DNA of 64,000 nucleotides from an uncultured bacterium (GTDB taxonomy: Bacteria; Krumholzibacteriota; Krumholzibacteriia; LZORAL124-64-63). The stretch is from positions 143,274-207,273 of the forward strand of contig CAVSGO010000002.1 in NCBI GenBank assembly GCA_963727525.1. Reading direction: 5' to 3'. The position numbers and the translations under genes were made by a program. The notes beneath the pieces were generated by a model. That model had not been told where the DNA came from and made no database searches. It worked only from the letters and a program-made list of their open reading frames with translations. Positions 36,143 through 48,356 of this stretch are shown piece after piece; position 1 is the stretch's first letter; each line of letters begins with the position of its first letter.

Positions 36143-36301
36143 TACCGCCAAGGCAGTAAATTTTGGCGCCTTATGCCCGTTGCTGCTCACGTCAACGGTT
36201 CAAATATCTCTAATTACCGTCATGGCAGTAAAATATGCCGATTTCCATTTCCAGTCCTTGATTCCTTGCCGAATATGTCGTTAAATACTGCTATGGCAGT
36301 A
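36143..36301. promoter_or_regulatory. Three 16-bp palindromic operators (consensus TACYGCCATGGCAGTA) upstream of the hipB-like gene
   Basis: TACCGCCAAGGCAGTA (36143-36158), TACCGTCATGGCAGTA (36215-36230), TACTGCTATGGCAGTA (36286-36301). Confidence 0.8.
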
Positions 36302-36535
36302 AAAAAATCCCAAGATCTCCTCGCGGTATGGGGCCAGACCATCCGTGACCATCGCAAGGCGGCCGGCCTGTCCCAGGCCGAGCTTGCCAGACTCGCCGGT
36401 GTTGGCAAGACCGCTGTCTTCGACATCGAGAAAGGGAAGGCCACGGTACGCCTCGCGACGCTGCTGCGTGTGCTCGACACACTCAACCTCCACCTGGAGC
36501 TCCGTTCGCCAGGGCAGACTGCCGACCATGCGTAG
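36293..36535 (+). CDS. HipB-like XRE helix-turn-helix regulator
   Basis: IRDHRKAAGLSQAELARLAGVGKTAVFDIEKGK; first gene of an overlapping triplet. Confidence 0.9.
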   Translation: MAVKKSQDLLAVWGQTIRDHRKAAGLSQAELARLAGVGKTAVFDIEKGKATVRLATLLRVLDTLNLHLELRSPGQTADHA

Positions 36536-36851
36536 TGCGGCGGTAGGCATGCACGGTACGCGGGCGGCGATCCTCGAGGAGATCGAGCGCGGGCGCGCGT
36601 ACCGCGTGACCTACGCACCCTCCTACACTGGGCCACCCATCTCGCTCACGATGCCCGTGCGGTCGGAGTCGTACGACTTCATCGCCTTTCCGCCGTTCTT
36701 CGACGGCCTGTTGCCCGAGGGCGCGCAGCTCGAATCGCTACTCCGCCAGGCCAAGATCGATCGCGACGACCCGTTTCAGCAGCTCGTGACCGTCGGTGCC
36801 GACCTCGTCGGCGCCGTCACCGTCACCTTGATCGAGGGGACGGAGTCGTGA
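36528..36851 (+). CDS. HipA N-terminal domain protein (HipS-like antitoxin)
   Basis: PISLTMP, PPFFDGLLPEG, DLVGAVTV. Confidence 0.88.
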   Translation: MRSAAVGMHGTRAAILEEIERGRAYRVTYAPSYTGPPISLTMPVRSESYDFIAFPPFFDGLLPEGAQLESLLRQAKIDRDDPFQQLVTVGADLVGAVTVTLIEGTES

Positions 36852-37783
36852 ACCGATGTCCGATCACCTATGCGCCCTTGACCGACCGGGAGCACATCTA
36901 CTCGCGGGCTGGCTTGCGGACGCTCGCGCCCGCGCTCGCTGGTCTTGAGGATCTGCCTTACGACGCCGAGGAGCAGCGGCAAGAGGCTCTCGCGCGCGTC
37001 ACCAAGATGTCGATCCAGGGCGTGCAACCCAAGCTGAGTGCGCGGCTGCGGATCAAGGAGGGGCGCTTCGAAATCGTCGATCGCGGCGGGACGTACATCC
37101 TCAAACCGCAAAGCCGCGACTTCCACCACGTACCCGAAAACGAAGATCTGACAATGCGGCTCGCGCACCTGGTGGGCATCGAGACGCCGGTGCACGGACT
37201 CGTCCGCTCGCGCGACGGCTCGTGGACCTACTTCATCCGCCGATTCGACCGGCAACCCCGCGGTTCCAGGCTCGCCGTCGAGGACTTCGCCCAGCTCTCC
37301 GGCCACACACGCGAAACCAAGTACGACTCGCGCATGGAGCAGGTCGTCAAGGTGCTCGACCGCTATGCCACCTATCCCGTGGTCGAGAAGCTGGAACTTC
37401 TGCGGCGGTCACTTTTCTCTTTCCTCACCGGCGGTGAGGACATGCACCTGAAGAACTTCTCCCTGATCACTCGGGGTAAACGCATCCAGCTGGCGCCGGC
37501 TTACGATCTCCTCAACTCCACGATCGCATTACCCCGAGCGACCGAGGAATTCGCGCTGCCCCTGCGCGGCAAGAAAAGGAATCTCACGCGCGCCGACTTC
37601 CTGGAGTACTTCGCGCACGAACGGCTCGAGCTGCGCCAGGCGGCGGTCGACGATCTGCTGACGACCTTGCGCAACGCGCGGCCTGCGTGGGAGGACCTGA
37701 TCACGGCGGCTTTCCTGCCCCAGCGCCTGAAGGACGTCTATCACGACCTCCTTCGAGACCGCTGGGAGCGATTGCTGAGCTAG
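36848..37783 (+). CDS. HipA-family kinase toxin (HipT-like)
   Basis: Gly-rich loop MSIQGVQPK, YILKP, RRFDR, EDMHLKNFS, LAPAYDL. Confidence 0.92.
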   Translation: MNRCPITYAPLTDREHIYSRAGLRTLAPALAGLEDLPYDAEEQRQEALARVTKMSIQGVQPKLSARLRIKEGRFEIVDRGGTYILKPQSRDFHHVPENEDLTMRLAHLVGIETPVHGLVRSRDGSWTYFIRRFDRQPRGSRLAVEDFAQLSGHTRETKYDSRMEQVVKVLDRYATYPVVEKLELLRRSLFSFLTGGEDMHLKNFSLITRGKRIQLAPAYDLLNSTIALPRATEEFALPLRGKKRNLTRADFLEYFAHERLELRQAAVDDLLTTLRNARPAWEDLITAAFLPQRLKDVYHDLLRDRWERLLS

Positions 37784-37899
37784 CGTTCGCACTGGTCGTT
37801 TCCGATCCCGAGGACCCTCCCACCTGCACATCCCGGCGTCATTCCGCGCATGTCGGTTCGAACCCCGAACCTCGACTCCTCACCCCCTGGAGGACCGAC

Positions 37900-39498
37900 A
37901 TGAAGACCACTCGAATTCTCGCGATACTCGGCCTGGCGATGCTGGTGACCTCGGCGGCCCAGGCCCGTTTCATCATGTTCGACGCCAACTTCGACAGCCG
38001 GCCGGTCGGCTCGAGCCTCGACCGCCGCGGCGCGCGCTACGGCGAGCCCGTGGAGGCCGCCGGCGACAACCACAGCGAGGTCGTCGTCGCGGACGGCCCC
38101 GGCGACCGCAGCGTGCAGATCTGGGACACCACGACGTCCGGGCCCGACGCCCTCACCTTCGCCCTGCTGGACGGCCGGGAGATCAGCGATGGCAAGGTCC
38201 ACGTCTCGCTGGAGCTGCAACCGGACACGGTCGACGTCTACTCGGTGGGGGTCGATGGTCCTGATACCGCGACGCAGCGGTTCTTCTCCTTGGTCCTGGA
38301 CGCCGCCGGATTCGTGTACTGGTCCGACCATGACGATATCGCCGTCACGCAGTTCTCGACCTACGGCGCCGCCGACGTGCTGCAGATCGACCTGACGTTC
38401 AACTTGAACGACGGCACGTACGACTTCACGCTGAACGGCACGCCTATCCTCACGGGCGAATCGTTCGGTACGCCCTCGTTCGGTATCGCCAACGTCGTGG
38501 TCGGTAACCAGCTCGATGGCAACGCCACCGGCTCGGTGCGGATGGACGACCTCTCGGTGGACTGGGCGCCGGGCACGGCCACACCGCTGCTGAGCGCCAA
38601 CTTCAATGACGAGGCGCTCGGCCAGCCCATCGGCTTCGGTGGCGCGGCCGTGGGCGAGCCGATCTCCGCGAACGCCTGCACACCGATCGTGGTGAACGGC
38701 GTCTTCCCCACGCGCTCGCTGCAGATCGACGATGCATCGACCACCACCGCCTCGTGGACGACCTTCGAGTTCCTCGACAGTGCCGAGGCCATGGGCGATG
38801 TGTCGATCTCGTTCTGGGTCGAGTTCGACTCCCTCGAACGCTACGAATTCGTGGTCCACGAACAGGGTTCCAACACCGAGAATTTCCTGGTCATGAACTT
38901 CGTCGCCGATGGAAGGCTATGGTTCGACGACGCCGCCAGCGGCAACTCGCATTACCACATGGAGACGTACGCGGCGAACACACCGGTCCATTTCGAGATC
39001 GCGTTCTACAGCGAACTGGGGCTGTACAGCATCTGGATGGACGGCGTGCGCGTGGTGCATCGCCGCGGTCACGGCATCACCGGTCGCGGCATCGGCCGCC
39101 TCAATTTCGGCGAATCGTTCGACACCGATCTCAATGGTCGGATGAACGTCGATCGCATCCAGGTCGATACGCTGGACAGCCCGCTGACCGGCGTCCAGGG
39201 GGACCCGACACCGCAGCTTGCCGCCATCCCGCTCGCCGCGGCGCCCAACCCCTTCAACCCGGCCACCGCGCTGCGCTTCTCCCTGCCTCAGGCAGCCGAC
39301 GTGCGGCTCGACGTGATCGACCTGCGCGGCCGCCGCGTGGCCCACCTCGTCAACGGCTCGCTGGCCGCCGGGGACCACGAGGCCACCTGGCATGGGTACG
39401 ATACGGCCGGCCGGCCGGCCGCCTCGGGCGTGTACGAGGCGATCCTGCGGGTCGGTGGGCAGGTGCGCCAGCGGCTCGCGCTGACGCTGGTGAAGTAG
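37900..39498 (+). CDS. Secreted protein with two tandem beta-sandwich repeats and an FlgD-Ig/T9SS-like C-terminal domain
   Basis: Signal peptide ending AQA; repeats start DANFDSRPVG..GEPV and SANFNDEALG..GEPI; tail APNPFNPAT...ASGVYEAIL...LTLVK. Confidence 0.78.
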   Translation: MKTTRILAILGLAMLVTSAAQARFIMFDANFDSRPVGSSLDRRGARYGEPVEAAGDNHSEVVVADGPGDRSVQIWDTTTSGPDALTFALLDGREISDGKVHVSLELQPDTVDVYSVGVDGPDTATQRFFSLVLDAAGFVYWSDHDDIAVTQFSTYGAADVLQIDLTFNLNDGTYDFTLNGTPILTGESFGTPSFGIANVVVGNQLDGNATGSVRMDDLSVDWAPGTATPLLSANFNDEALGQPIGFGGAAVGEPISANACTPIVVNGVFPTRSLQIDDASTTTASWTTFEFLDSAEAMGDVSISFWVEFDSLERYEFVVHEQGSNTENFLVMNFVADGRLWFDDAASGNSHYHMETYAANTPVHFEIAFYSELGLYSIWMDGVRVVHRRGHGITGRGIGRLNFGESFDTDLNGRMNVDRIQVDTLDSPLTGVQGDPTPQLAAIPLAAAPNPFNPATALRFSLPQAADVRLDVIDLRGRRVAHLVNGSLAAGDHEATWHGYDTAGRPAASGVYEAILRVGGQVRQRLALTLVK

Positions 39499-39519
39499 TA
39501 GTACCCCAGCGGTGTTCGG

Positions 39520-39547
39520 GGCCCCGACGACGGTCGGGGCCTTTCTT
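39520..39547 (+). terminator. Intrinsic terminator
   Basis: ggccccgac-gacg-gtcggggcc followed by tttctt. Confidence 0.7.
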
Positions 39548-39650
39548 CTCGCACCGGCGCGGTGGCAGCGTTGACATCGCCGGCCGTCTCGGCGAACGTC
39601 TCGTGCCAATCGAGTTCGTGGAGACCCCGAAGGAGGATCGAGGACCCGCC

Positions 39651-40286
39651 ATGTCGACGCTACTCGAACACCACCTCACCGCCGACGCGCGCCGCCACCT
39701 GGCATCCCTCACGACGCCGGCGTCCATCCAGGCGTTCCTGGACGACGTGCCATACAGTGCCGAGCCTATCTATCGCTGCCCAATGCGCGTCGTGCGCGAC
39801 CGACTCGCCCATTGCTTCGACGGCGCGCTGTTCGCAGCGGCCGCCCTCCGTCGACTCGGCGATCCGCCGCTCATTCTCGAGATGCTCCCCAACGACCGGG
39901 ACGACGATCACCTGATCGCCCCCTTCAAGCGCCACGGTCACTGGGGCGCGGTGGCGAAATCGAACTTCGTGGGCCTGCGCTTCCGTGAACCCGTGTATCG
40001 AAATTTACGCGAGCTGGCGATGTCGTACTTCGAGCAATATTACAACGTGGCCGGCGAGAAGACGCTGCGCGGCTACACCCTGCCGCTGAATCTGCGGGCC
40101 TATGACGCGCGAGCCTGGGAGATCAGCGACGAGCCGCTCGAGGACATTGCCGACCGCACGGATACACTGCGCCGCGTGTGGCTGCTCGGCCCGGAGATGG
40201 AAGCGGGACTGTCGATGGTGGATCCGAGGTCGCTCGCGGCAGGACAGCTGGGGGCGAATCCTGAGGGTCTGTACAGGCCTGAGTGA
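39651..40286 (+). CDS. Vasohibin-like / transglutaminase-fold cysteine peptidase
   Basis: AHCFDGA (Cys55), DHLIA (His87), GHWGAVAKS (Ser104) and PVYRNLREL match the recalled vasohibin catalytic core. Confidence 0.65.
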   Translation: MSTLLEHHLTADARRHLASLTTPASIQAFLDDVPYSAEPIYRCPMRVVRDRLAHCFDGALFAAAALRRLGDPPLILEMLPNDRDDDHLIAPFKRHGHWGAVAKSNFVGLRFREPVYRNLRELAMSYFEQYYNVAGEKTLRGYTLPLNLRAYDARAWEISDEPLEDIADRTDTLRRVWLLGPEMEAGLSMVDPRSLAAGQLGANPEGLYRPE

Positions 40287-40360
40287 CCCGACAAGGATGG
40301 ATGCCGCGGATTGGCGCCGGCACCAATGACGATCCATCAAGAACTCGGCGCCTGCGTCGC

Positions 40361-41059
40361 CTACTGCGCCCCGAACACCCTCTGCAGCAGCGCCGTCGTG
40401 CGCGCCACCGGGTCGTCGCGGATCTTCTGCTCCTCCGTCGCCAGCACCTTGAATAAACCATCGAGCGCGTGGTCGGTCACGTAGCCCACGAGGTCCAGAT
40501 CGGGGGGATTCACGAAGGGCAGGCTCTGCAGCTTTGCCACGAGCGATTCGTAGTCGCTGTAGCCGCCCACGCCCTGCAGGCGGTTCTCGATGATGGGGCG
40601 GTAGCGCCCGGTGAGCGCGGTGCTCGTCTTCTCGCGGAAATAGTCGGTGGCCGCGGTGTCGCCGCCGCGCAGGATGCCCCAGGCGTCGGCGATGGTCATG
40701 CCGCGGATGGCGTCGCCGAAGACGCTCACCGACTCGCCGGCGGCCTGCTCGGCGGCGCGGTTCATGGCCACCTCCAGCTCGTCCACCTTCTGGCCCATGC
40801 CCACGGAGCGCAGGGTGCCGGCGACGTCCTGCACCTGCGGGGGCAGGACGATCTTCAGGGCCGCGTTCTTCAGGTAGCCGTCGAGCGCGCCCACCTGATT
40901 CGCGGTGCGCTGGGTGCCTACCGAGAGCGCCTCCTTGAGACCGCGAGCCACCGTCGCCTCGTCGAGGGGCGCCGAGCTGTTCATGACGTCCTGCAGGCTG
41001 GCGCAGCCGGCGAGGAGCAGGCTGACGGCGAGGGCGAGGCCGATCGGCAGGGTCCGCAT
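40361..41059 (-). CDS. DUF4197 family lipoprotein
   Basis: Lipobox LLAGC; GLKEAL, MNRAAEQA, AATDYF, EEQKIRDDPVARTT. Confidence 0.9.
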   Translation of the reverse strand: MRTLPIGLALAVSLLLAGCASLQDVMNSSAPLDEATVARGLKEALSVGTQRTANQVGALDGYLKNAALKIVLPPQVQDVAGTLRSVGMGQKVDELEVAMNRAAEQAAGESVSVFGDAIRGMTIADAWGILRGGDTAATDYFREKTSTALTGRYRPIIENRLQGVGGYSDYESLVAKLQSLPFVNPPDLDLVGYVTDHALDGLFKVLATEEQKIRDDPVARTTALLQRVFGAQ

Positions 41060-41174
41060 GGGTCCGTCTCCTTGGTGGGGCGCGAGCGACATCCGACGCA
41101 TGGTAACAGAGAATGGGATGGGCGACCCGCGCCGAATTGGCGTACCCTGGAGGGCCACTCCGAAGGCCTCGCGC

Positions 41175-42275
41175 ATGAGTGCTCGCCTGCGCGCTCTGAC
41201 CGCCGATCTGCCGCCCCTGTACTGGCTGCTGTGGACAGGCACGCTCGTCAACCGGCTCGGCACCTTCGTGGTGCCCTTCCTCATCATCTACCTCACCGGA
41301 CAGCGTGGGATCGCCGTGGCCCAGGCGGCGACCGTGGTGTCGCTCTTCGGGCTGGGGTCGTTCGTCGCGCAACTCGTGGCGGGTGAGCTGGCCGACCGTT
41401 TTGGACGGCGGCCGGTGCTGCTCTTGAGCCTTTTCTCCACGCCGGTCATGATGATGGTGCTCGGCCTCGCGCGCTCGGTGCCGCTGATCACCGCATCGAC
41501 CCTAATCGTGGGCTTCTGCACCGACCTGTACCGACCGGCGTCGGCCGCGGCCATCGCCGACCTCGTGCCCTCACATGCGCGTCTGCGCGCGTATGGCTAC
41601 AACTACTGGGCCGTGAACGTGGGTGCGGCGATCGCGCCCGTGATGGCCGGCGACCTCGCGCACATCGACTACCTCCTGCTCTTCGTCGGCGACGCGCTCA
41701 CCACGCTGGCCTTCGTCTTCGGTATCATCTCCATGCAGAGCTACACCACGCTGCCGGCGGCCATGCAGACGCGAGGGCTCGGGCCGCAGCAGTACGGCCT
41801 GGCGATCGCCCTGAACGGCGCGCTGGTGGTGCTGCTGAGCATCCCCTTCAACCATGCGGCGGGACGCTGGCCGCGCTTCCGGCTCATGGCGATGGCGGGC
41901 GTATTGCTGGGGACGGGCTTCGGACTCTACGCCCTGGCCTCGAGCCTCGCGCTCTACGCGGCGGGCGTGGCGATCTGGACGCTGGGCGAGATCGGTTCCG
42001 CGGCCGCGGCGCCGGCGATCATTGCCGACCTCGCGCCGTCCGACAAGCGCGGCGTGTACCAGGGCGTCTTCCACTCGGGTTATAGCCTGGCCTTCTTCGC
42101 CGGGCCCATGCTCGGCGGCTGGGTGTATCAGCACGCGGGGGCGCGGCCGCTTTGGCTCGGTTGCTTCGCTCTGGGACTCGCACTCGCCGTCGCCTACGCC
42201 GCGATGGGTCGCGTCGTCACCCGTCGAGACGGGCCTGCAGGTCGGCCGCCATCGCGTCCAGATACTCCTGCGTGA
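41175..42275 (+). CDS. MFS transporter (MdtH-like), apparently with an internal in-frame deletion
   Basis: Motif A GELADRFGRR; only 366 aa; no hydrophilic central loop between the two halves. Confidence 0.8.
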   Translation: MSARLRALTADLPPLYWLLWTGTLVNRLGTFVVPFLIIYLTGQRGIAVAQAATVVSLFGLGSFVAQLVAGELADRFGRRPVLLLSLFSTPVMMMVLGLARSVPLITASTLIVGFCTDLYRPASAAAIADLVPSHARLRAYGYNYWAVNVGAAIAPVMAGDLAHIDYLLLFVGDALTTLAFVFGIISMQSYTTLPAAMQTRGLGPQQYGLAIALNGALVVLLSIPFNHAAGRWPRFRLMAMAGVLLGTGFGLYALASSLALYAAGVAIWTLGEIGSAAAAPAIIADLAPSDKRGVYQGVFHSGYSLAFFAGPMLGGWVYQHAGARPLWLGCFALGLALAVAYAAMGRVVTRRDGPAGRPPSRPDTPA

Positions 42276-43647
42276 AGTCGATCTTCAGCTCCAGCCACAT
42301 CGGCAGATGGTCCGACATCTGGTACGTGCGCCAGGCCGGGTAGCTGGAGTAGAACTCCGCGTCGCTGCCGGGCTTGCGCATGAACGGGTGGTAGATCGCC
42401 TCCTCGTCGGAGCGGTACACCACGTCGAAGTAATCGAAGACGCCGGCGCGGAACGGCACGATGTGCGTGTAGGCACGCCGGTGCGGATTCGCGCCGGTCC
42501 ACACGGCGATCTGGTCGTAGTGCTTGTCCTTGGCCACGTTGGAGCCGGGGATCGACTGCAGCGGCTCGGGTGTCTCGAAGTCATTGGACATCAGCGCCGC
42601 CATCGTGTCGTGCTGACGGTCGACGATGTTGAAGTCGCCGAGCGCGATGAAGTAGGCATCGGCATCGGTGTCGTTGTCGTTGCGCGCGCGCTGCGCGAGC
42701 AGTTCGGTGAGGCGGCGGATCTCGTCCTTGCGCTGGGCGAGGCCCGCATCGCCGGAGCCGTAGTAGATGTGCACCGTGGCCAGGTTGATGCGCAGCCAGC
42801 CTGCCTGGAAGGACACGATGAACGGCGTGCGCGCGAACTGTTTCGGACCGCCGACCAGGGAGTTGGGCGGCAGGACGATCTCCGCCGCCTCGGGTAGGGT
42901 CGGCGTGGCCGTGGCCTCGATCGCGATGCCGCGGTCGGGCGTGAGCGGCACCCGGGCGTTCCGCGCGAAGCGGATGCGCGACCCTGGCGGCAGCGTCACC
43001 TTCGTGCCGTCAGGCACGGGAATCTCCACGTCCTGGGTGATCTTGGTCTGCCCCGAGGCGAGGGTATCCATGGACAGCCCCGTGGGCGAGGCCAGCGTCG
43101 CACCGGCCGGAAGCTCGAGATGGGCGCCGCCGGCCACCTGGAAGCGGTCGCCGAAGGGGTCGGTCACCTGCTGGCCGTCGGGGAGCGTCAGCTCACCCGA
43201 CACGCGGCGGAACCACACCTTGTTGCGGTTGAAGAGGTAGGCCATGCGCTCGTCGTTGCCCTGATCGCCCTCGGTGACGTCGGTGGCGATGTAATCCCAG
43301 CCCGGACCGAGCAGGTTCACCACGTCGTCGAGGGCGCTGAGGTCTCGGCGGATCTCCTGCAGCGCGATCAGGTCGAAGTGTGACAGGATCTCGGCGATGT
43401 AGGCCTTGGCTTCCAGGGAACGCCGGCCGTAGCTCGCGCTGTCGAACTCGCGCAGATTCCAGGTGGCGATGCGCACGAAGTGGGAGGTTTCGGTGGACGT
43501 GGGCAGGCTGCCGGGGAGCGCCGCGTCGTCGATGTGCGCGCGGAGCGCGGCACGCAAGGCCGTGAGTTTCTGGGTTGCGCGCTGCTTGTTCGCGAGGGTC
43601 TGCGCGCTGTCGCCGTCATGGGGGCGCAACCACGTGTAGAGGGGCAT
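42217..43647 (-). CDS. Endonuclease/exonuclease/phosphatase (EEP, DNase I-like) protein with an internal insertion
   Basis: RIATWNLREF, IALQE, ERMAYLF, VHIYYG, LGDFNI, HYDQI, MSDHLP. Confidence 0.9.
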   Translation of the reverse strand: MPLYTWLRPHDGDSAQTLANKQRATQKLTALRAALRAHIDDAALPGSLPTSTETSHFVRIATWNLREFDSASYGRRSLEAKAYIAEILSHFDLIALQEIRRDLSALDDVVNLLGPGWDYIATDVTEGDQGNDERMAYLFNRNKVWFRRVSGELTLPDGQQVTDPFGDRFQVAGGAHLELPAGATLASPTGLSMDTLASGQTKITQDVEIPVPDGTKVTLPPGSRIRFARNARVPLTPDRGIAIEATATPTLPEAAEIVLPPNSLVGGPKQFARTPFIVSFQAGWLRINLATVHIYYGSGDAGLAQRKDEIRRLTELLAQRARNDNDTDADAYFIALGDFNIVDRQHDTMAALMSNDFETPEPLQSIPGSNVAKDKHYDQIAVWTGANPHRRAYTHIVPFRAGVFDYFDVVYRSDEEAIYHPFMRKPGSDAEFYSSYPAWRTYQMSDHLPMWLELKIDFTQEYLDAMAADLQARLDG

Positions 43648-43691
43648 GGGCGAAGCCTCCTCGAGTTTCGGATCTCACACGGGCGAACCCG

Positions 43692-47255
<3,564 letters not shown>

Positions 47256-47316
47256 CCAGGCGCGCCGTGCGGCCTCAGGCGTTACGTTGTACAGACCCCG
47301 CAGGAAGGACATCCCG

Positions 47317-48351
47317 ATGATCCCGACGTTCCGCACGCGTTTGCCATGGTTGTTCCTGCTCGCCGTCGTGCTCGCCGGCTGCAGCCACGAAAAGGCCCGC
47401 GAGGGCGCCTTCTGCGGTGAGGGCGAGCCTCCCGCCGCGCCGGCGATGTTCGCGCCGGGATTCATCGACGGCGGTCCGCGCACGCGCGACGTCACGATGA
47501 CGCCCGACGGCCACGCCCTCTATTACACGGTGATCATCGGCAGCGGCACCAGCACGATCCTGGGCACGCATATCGAGAAAGGCCGCTGGACGGAACCCGA
47601 GGTGGCGTCGTTCTCGGGCGACCCCCGCTTCAGCGATCTCGAGGCGCAGATCGCGCCCGACGGCAAGCGGCTCTATTTCGTGTCCGACCGTCCCGACACC
47701 TCGCGTGGCGCCACCGAGGGCAACGCGGACATCTGGGTGTGCGAGCGCAACGGCGAGGACTGGTCGGCCCCCGTCGATCTGGGAGCCCCGATCAATACCG
47801 AGGTGCCCGAGTTCTTCCCGTCGGTGACGCGCGAAGGCGTGCTCTATTTCACGCGCCGCGATCCCGATCGTCGCCGCGAGATCATCCTGCGCGCACGGCC
47901 GTTGCCCGGCGGTGGTTTCGCCACGCCCGAGGAGCTGGGGCCCGAGGTGAACTGCGGCCTCACGCAGTTCAACGCCTTCGTGGCGCCCGACGAGAGCTAC
48001 CTCATCGTCTGCGTGGCGGGGCGTACGGAGAACCTCGGCCAGGTCGACTACTTCATCGCTTTCCGTGACGACGACGACACCTGGCACGGACCCGTCGACC
48101 TGGGCGACCGCATCAACGGTCCGGGCAAGGAGGGCTGGTCGCCGTACGTGTCGCCCGACGGGCGCGCGTTCTTCTTCATGAGCACGCGGCGACAGCCCGC
48201 GCCGGAGAACCTGGCCCCGCTCACCCGCGCCGGGCTGCGCAACCTCCATGACGCGCCCGGCAACGGCAACGGCGACATCTGGTGGATGGACGCGTCGTTC
48301 CTCGCCGCGCTTCGCGACGAGGCCGACCAGCCGCCGCCGCCGATCGAGTAG
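47317..48351 (+). CDS. PD40/TolB-like beta-propeller lipoprotein
   Basis: Lipobox VLAGC; repeats APDGKRLYFVSDR, APDESYL and SPDGRAFFFMSTR. Confidence 0.85.
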   Translation: MIPTFRTRLPWLFLLAVVLAGCSHEKAREGAFCGEGEPPAAPAMFAPGFIDGGPRTRDVTMTPDGHALYYTVIIGSGTSTILGTHIEKGRWTEPEVASFSGDPRFSDLEAQIAPDGKRLYFVSDRPDTSRGATEGNADIWVCERNGEDWSAPVDLGAPINTEVPEFFPSVTREGVLYFTRRDPDRRREIILRARPLPGGGFATPEELGPEVNCGLTQFNAFVAPDESYLIVCVAGRTENLGQVDYFIAFRDDDDTWHGPVDLGDRINGPGKEGWSPYVSPDGRAFFFMSTRRQPAPENLAPLTRAGLRNLHDAPGNGNGDIWWMDASFLAALRDEADQPPPPIE

Positions 48352-48356
48352 CGGCC

